Positions 21,267-26,167 of a DNA stretch of 26,167 bases are shown one piece after another. The notes beneath the pieces are model-generated. The model worked only from the letters and a program-made list of their open reading frames with translations, was not told the origin of the DNA and did no database searches. Both the position numbers and the translations under genes were made by a program. Numbering within the stretch: position 1 is the stretch's first letter; every line of letters begins with the position of its first letter. Source of the stretch: Octopus sinensis (lineage: Eukaryota); contig NW_021835596.1 in NCBI RefSeq assembly GCF_006345805.1, positions 1-26,167 on the forward strand, given 5' to 3'.

Positions 21267-21504
21267 ATAAGTACTTTGAGTAATTTTCCGTAGCGGTACC
21301 ATTCGCCCACCTCTACGAGAGCCATTTACCGTTTACCATTTTACTGGTGTCATTCCAATATATATTTAAATTGCAACCAACGAACAGAAGTGGCCCTCCA
21401 GTGATTTTAGTCATCCAATGTAGTTTCTATCTGCAAATAGATGTGGAAAACTGATCTGATGAAGACGGTGGTAACGAGGCGTTTAAATGGAGATATTTTG
21501 TATA

Positions 21505-21544
21505 GTCATGTGATCGAAAATACTGCCACCATCGCCGCCATCTT
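21505..21544 (-). promoter_or_regulatory. Perfect YY1 motif with adjacent M-box-type E-box
   Basis: AAGATGGCGGC on the minus strand (21534-21544) and GTCATGTGA (21505-21513) in unique sequence. Confidence 0.3.
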
Positions 21545-21879
21545 TAATTCTCTCCTTTATTGCTTTCTACGTTTTCAATCTTTTCTTTGTCAACTGTTTT
21601 TACTTGGTTAACTCTCCTATAGCTGTTTCTGAGTTTCTTTTATGAAATTATCTTCCCCTCCTCCACCTTCGCGTTTTGTTCCTCACACTGTCTCCTTTCC
21701 TCACTCTCCTTCTCTTTTTTCTTTTCCTTCTTTTACTCTCCCGCTTTCTATATTTCTCGTCTAGTGTTTCTCTTCATATTCTTTTTGGGTGGTCGTTAAA
21801 TCACTCTTCATTTCCACGCTTTTTATTGTACGCGTATTTACGTTTATAATCAATATATATATATATATATACATAACAT

Positions 21880-21928
<49 letters not shown>

Positions 21929-22035
21929 TATGTATTTTTGTCTATATACATATATATGCAATATATAATAATATATATGTGTGTGTGTATTAATAAGTGT
22001 GTGTGCGTGTATAATATATATATATATATATATAT

Positions 22036-22627
22036 GAAGAAGGTGTGTAAGTTATTTGAGGACAGATTTATGTTTATAAAAGAAACAGTTATATAATAAG
22101 AGATAGTAACTTTATTTGTCAAAAAATGCTTTGAGGATAAAAACAAACATCTTTTTCTATAATGTCATTCAATAAAGCAACCTTCAGCTTCCGCAATTGC
22201 TTCTATACGAGATCTAAACCATCTACATGCTCGCCTCAAATGGCCCCTTTTCATTTTGGACATTACTGTGACTACGGCAGCTTTCAAAGAATCTTTCGTG
22301 TCATGATCGTGCTCATTAACCTCTTTCTCAACAACGCTCTATATGTAATAGTCCAATGGATTGAGATCTTGGGCATTAGGAGGCCAAATGTTAGGGGTTA
22401 TGTGATCATAAAAATTTCAGCTATCCATTCTTGTGTTACCAGAGCTACGTGTGATAGTGCAGTCTTACTGAAACACATATGGCCTTCCATTGTATACACT
22501 GTCTAACAATTATTTGCAGGTCCTCAATGTAGGCGGCAGAGTTAACTATGGCCTTGTGGAAAGAAGTAAAGAGGCATCACATGTCCTTCATTGCTGACAA
22601 CCCCTAAAACCATAACAGTTGATGTCA
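22036..22627 (-). mobile_element. IS630-Tc1-mariner superfamily DD37D (maT-like) transposon, 3' half of transposase plus probable terminal repeat
   Basis: Minus strand with stops and frameshifts: TVMVLGVVSNEGHVMPLYFFPQG..GRPYVFQ*D..SHVALVTQEWIAE/NFYDHITPNIWPPNAQDLNPLDYYI*SVVEKEVN..LKAAVV..RACRWFRSRIEAIAEAEGCFIE* (stop 22165-22167). Frameshift-corrected spacing from the QD Asp to the PLD Asp is 37 residues. 22036-22164 is the presumed 3' flank and TIR; (TA)n on both sides. Confidence 0.9.
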
Positions 22628-22677
22628 CTTCTTGATATCATGTTCCTTATTTTGATTATATATACATACATACATAC

Positions 22678-22718
<41 letters not shown>

Positions 22719-22757
22719 AATAAATGTTAACGGTAAAAATAGGATGATTCATTCACC

Positions 22758-22799
<42 letters not shown>

Positions 22800-23206
22800 A
22801 TGCAAGGCATGAGGTGTAAGAAGAAAGTTAGCTTCACACAATCCATAGTAAATATAAAAAAACTTTTTGGGACAATAGTGGTTTATTGCGACGGAAGGTT
22901 GTGGATTTGTTTCGTATCGAAGCACGATAAACTGAAAATAATTTGTTTTTATATTTCACGGTGGGCGACCAGGGTTGCCGCGTATACAAATAGGAATACA
23001 AGGGTTAAGGAATCGTATAGAAACGATCCGGGCTTCAAATGTTTCATAGCGAGCGGAATCTCAGAAGTGATAAATATCCAAGCGATGTACACACTGCATG
23101 CTACTCTTCAGGCCAAATATATCTTGATTAGACTAAAGGTTACATTGTCGCAAGATGTACATGCTAACACTTGGAAGATTTATGTAAATCTAATATATAT
23201 ATATTG

Positions 23207-23249
<43 letters not shown>

Positions 23250-23724
23250 TGTGTGTGCGTACAGATACACATAAATGCATATACACATGTATATCTGTGG
23301 GTAAAATTAATTTTCTAAACAAATTAAACATTACAATTTAAAATTAATGAATTGATTCTTAATGCATGCATTCACACATGTATACATATATATATATTAA
23401 TATTTGCATACAATATGGTAATATTATGGAGGATGTTTTTTTTTGTATTGTGATGTATTATCTAGATTACAATGAAAGCAGTAATAAATACAACCCCGAC
23501 ACCAACAGCGCCACCGCTACCAACCACTCCGCCATTTATAATCCTCGTACGATTGGCAATGATAATGTTTTTGCTGTCGCTATTGTTGTATTCGGGGCAA
23601 CTGAAATATTTTCTAACATCAATTGAAGCGATAATTGTTACAAATGAATATAAAGATTTAAATATTATGGCTCATCAACAAAATAATATAAAAAGCACTT
23701 GTAAGAATAAAGATTAGGACAATG

Positions 23725-24242
<518 letters not shown>

Positions 24243-24519
24243 TAATAGTATTAAATTGGCACCTAATAGCGTGAGTCATTTTTCGGAAGCGAAAACAAAT
24301 ATGGCAATGGTATTCTGTTTGGATCATTTCATGGCATGGAAATTTAACTGTAACAACAACAACAACAAGAACAAGGAAAGAAGGGGAAAAGGACAAAGAA
24401 CGAAGCAAAGACAGTGAGAAATGAACAAATATGAGTATATTTGATAGTGGATTTTTGTAATTTGAAGAATTTTTCCTGTCGGAAATCAGAAATAGAAATT
24501 ATAAGACATTATAAGGAGA

Positions 24520-24780
24520 AACAGAAGCGGCAACAGAACAACAACAGCAACAACAACCACAACAACTGCACCAAGAAGGGTAGTAGTAAAAATAAGTATA
24601 ACAACACAACAACAGCAACGACTGCTACTGCTGCTCCTGCTGTTACTACGGCAATAACATCGACAAGAGAAGCAGCAGTAACAACAACAATAGCAGAAAC
24701 ATATAGCAGCAACTTGGAGAACAGGAACAACAACAACAACAACAACAAAATTGATAACAACACCAACAACATGAACAACA
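24520..24780. repeat. Cryptic (AAC)/(AGC)/(CTG) trinucleotide low-complexity region
   Basis: Mosaic of aac, agc and ctg triplets; source of the Asn/Thr/Ala-rich ORF 24441..24791. Confidence 0.85.
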
Positions 24781-24790
24781 AAGTCAAATG

Positions 24791-24987
24791 AGAAGAAGAA
24801 AAAGAAGAAGTAGAAGAAGAAGAAGAAGAAGAAGAAGAAGAGAAGTAGAAGCATAGGAAAAGAAGAAGAAGCAGAAAAGAGAGATGAAAAGAAGAAGAAG
24901 AAGAAAGAAGCAGAAGAAGAAGAAGAAGAAGAATAGAAGAAGAAGAAGAAGAAGAAGAAGAAGAAGAAGAAGAAGAAGAAGAAGAAG

Positions 24988-25017
<30 letters not shown>
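24791..25017. repeat. Long (GAA)n purine tract
   Basis: About 225 bp, nearly pure gaa in its 3' part. Confidence 0.97.
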
Positions 25018-25020
<3 letters not shown>

Positions 25021-25254
25021 AACAACACCAGTGGCAAAGAATCGTGTGAACGTAACCATAGTGATATTTATGTCAGTTAATCTCTTCAGTAATCTCTTTC
25101 TCCCGGGCTTTAAGTTTGCTGGTTCAAATCCGGTCTAAACTACAAAACAATTGCAACACCACTAACAAAAGCAAGAAGGCGACCAACGACAGAACGAGGC
25201 TCGAAGTGGTCGATCGACATGCTAGAAATACCAGGCCTTTCACGCTAAGAGTGA

Positions 25255-25340
25255 AGGTGAGTGGTCTACAGGTTAGAACGTTCGACTCGCTATCCTAAAA
25301 TCGTGAGTTCAGCTTCCGATCCAGTAGGTACCTTGTGTCC
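25255..25340 (+). mobile_element. Degenerate tRNA-like SINE head
   Basis: A-box-like tggtctacagg and B-box-like gagttcagcttcc at tRNA-like spacing, followed by ttgtgtcc, then truncated by (CT)n. Confidence 0.45.
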
Positions 25341-25358
25341 TCTCTCTCTCTCTCTTAT

Positions 25359-25442
<84 letters not shown>
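25340..25442. repeat. (CT)n microsatellite
   Basis: Directly visible. Confidence 0.97.
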
Positions 25443-25444
<2 letters not shown>

Positions 25445-26167
25445 ATCCCGGATGTCTATCCTAGATGAGCCACTTCATGAAAGATAAGCAGTTCGAGATA
25501 GTGTCTGTGTTTGTTTGTGACTACAATAGCTCCTTAATCAATTAGCAAAATACATATTAGGGGCTATCAATCCCAATTCGCTTATGAATGACGGTTGAGT
25601 ATCCCGTTCTACTATTTCCGCCAGATAACTTCATTTAATAACAAAGAAAAAACCAAAACATTCACTAATTTAGTTTGAGATAGATTAGAGCTGAATAAAT
25701 GACATAGCCAGAGTTAGGTCATCCTTGTTCCATAGCTTTTCCAAATAAACTTCTCCATTTGCTAAACATCTCATAATAACTATACCGCAAGCGGGTATAT
25801 CATTTTAGTTAGTCTCAATCTGACACAAAACCTAAATCATGCACAAATCATATTAAATATGGAAAGCCATGCTAAATTATTTCGTCCAATAAATACCATA
25901 ACAGAATACTATGAGCTGGATCACGACAATGAAACTTGAATATATGTGGTAAAAACTAGAAGTTAGGGGAGAAACATATTTATAACTCTAGGTAGTCTTA
26001 GCCATGTGTGCTTTGTAAAACTAGCTCCTTTTTTCAGCTTTTATGTGAAATTTTTCCAACATTCGCCCATCGATTTTAATATCCATATCGATGCGAATAC
26101 TACTAAATCTTTTCATGTTGCTTATTATGTGATATTTCCAAGACTATTAAAAGAATAGTGTAGGCGC

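Noticed and set aside
21441-21476. 30-nt microexon candidate MWKTDLMKTV
   Set aside because: Weak acceptor, no support.
26061-26098. Imperfect inverted repeat attcgcccatcgat/atcgatgcgaat
   Set aside because: Short and bulged; within chance expectation.
26160-26167. gtaggcgc, possible start of another type A SINE
   Set aside because: Cut by the window edge; 8 bp is insufficient.

Overview
AT-rich (about 30% GC), microsatellite-saturated eukaryotic non-coding DNA. Its tRNA-derived SINEs and Dong/R4, RTE, Penelope and maT relics look like a coleoid cephalopod (probably Octopus) genome; this taxonomy is inferred from recalled repeat families, not checked. I find no intact or recognisable host protein-coding gene, no rRNA/tRNA gene and no CRISPR. 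Almost all ORFs in the supplied track are read-throughs of (TA)n, (CA)n, (TATG)n, (AAT)n or (GAA)n tracts. Real coding homology is confined to decayed transposons: two stacked RTE LINE 3' fragments (770-1890, minus), a Dong/R4 LINE zinc-knuckle fragment (11162-11437, plus), a heavily decayed Penelope-like RT (about 14330-15230, minus) and a DD37D/maT transposase 3' half with a probable terminal repeat (22036-22627, minus). There is also a probable DINE-1/HINE-like element (10601-10958) and about 12 SINE copies or fragments from at least four head/tail types. Most interesting observations: (1) three SINE copies share heads and tails in a mix-and-match way; (2) a tight cluster of RFX X-box-like sites at 8842-9102 next to a strong splice donor; (3) a CRE + YY1/CTCF-core promoter-like island near 17700 with a plausible two-exon minus-strand transcript carrying only a 17-aa ORF; (4) three same-orientation YY1/CTCF-core motifs over 4 kb; (5) an old minisatellite hit by two SINEs 14 bp apart, each with a visible target-site duplication. 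I cannot support a claim of a new multi-gene system here; regulatory and exon calls are motif-level hypotheses.
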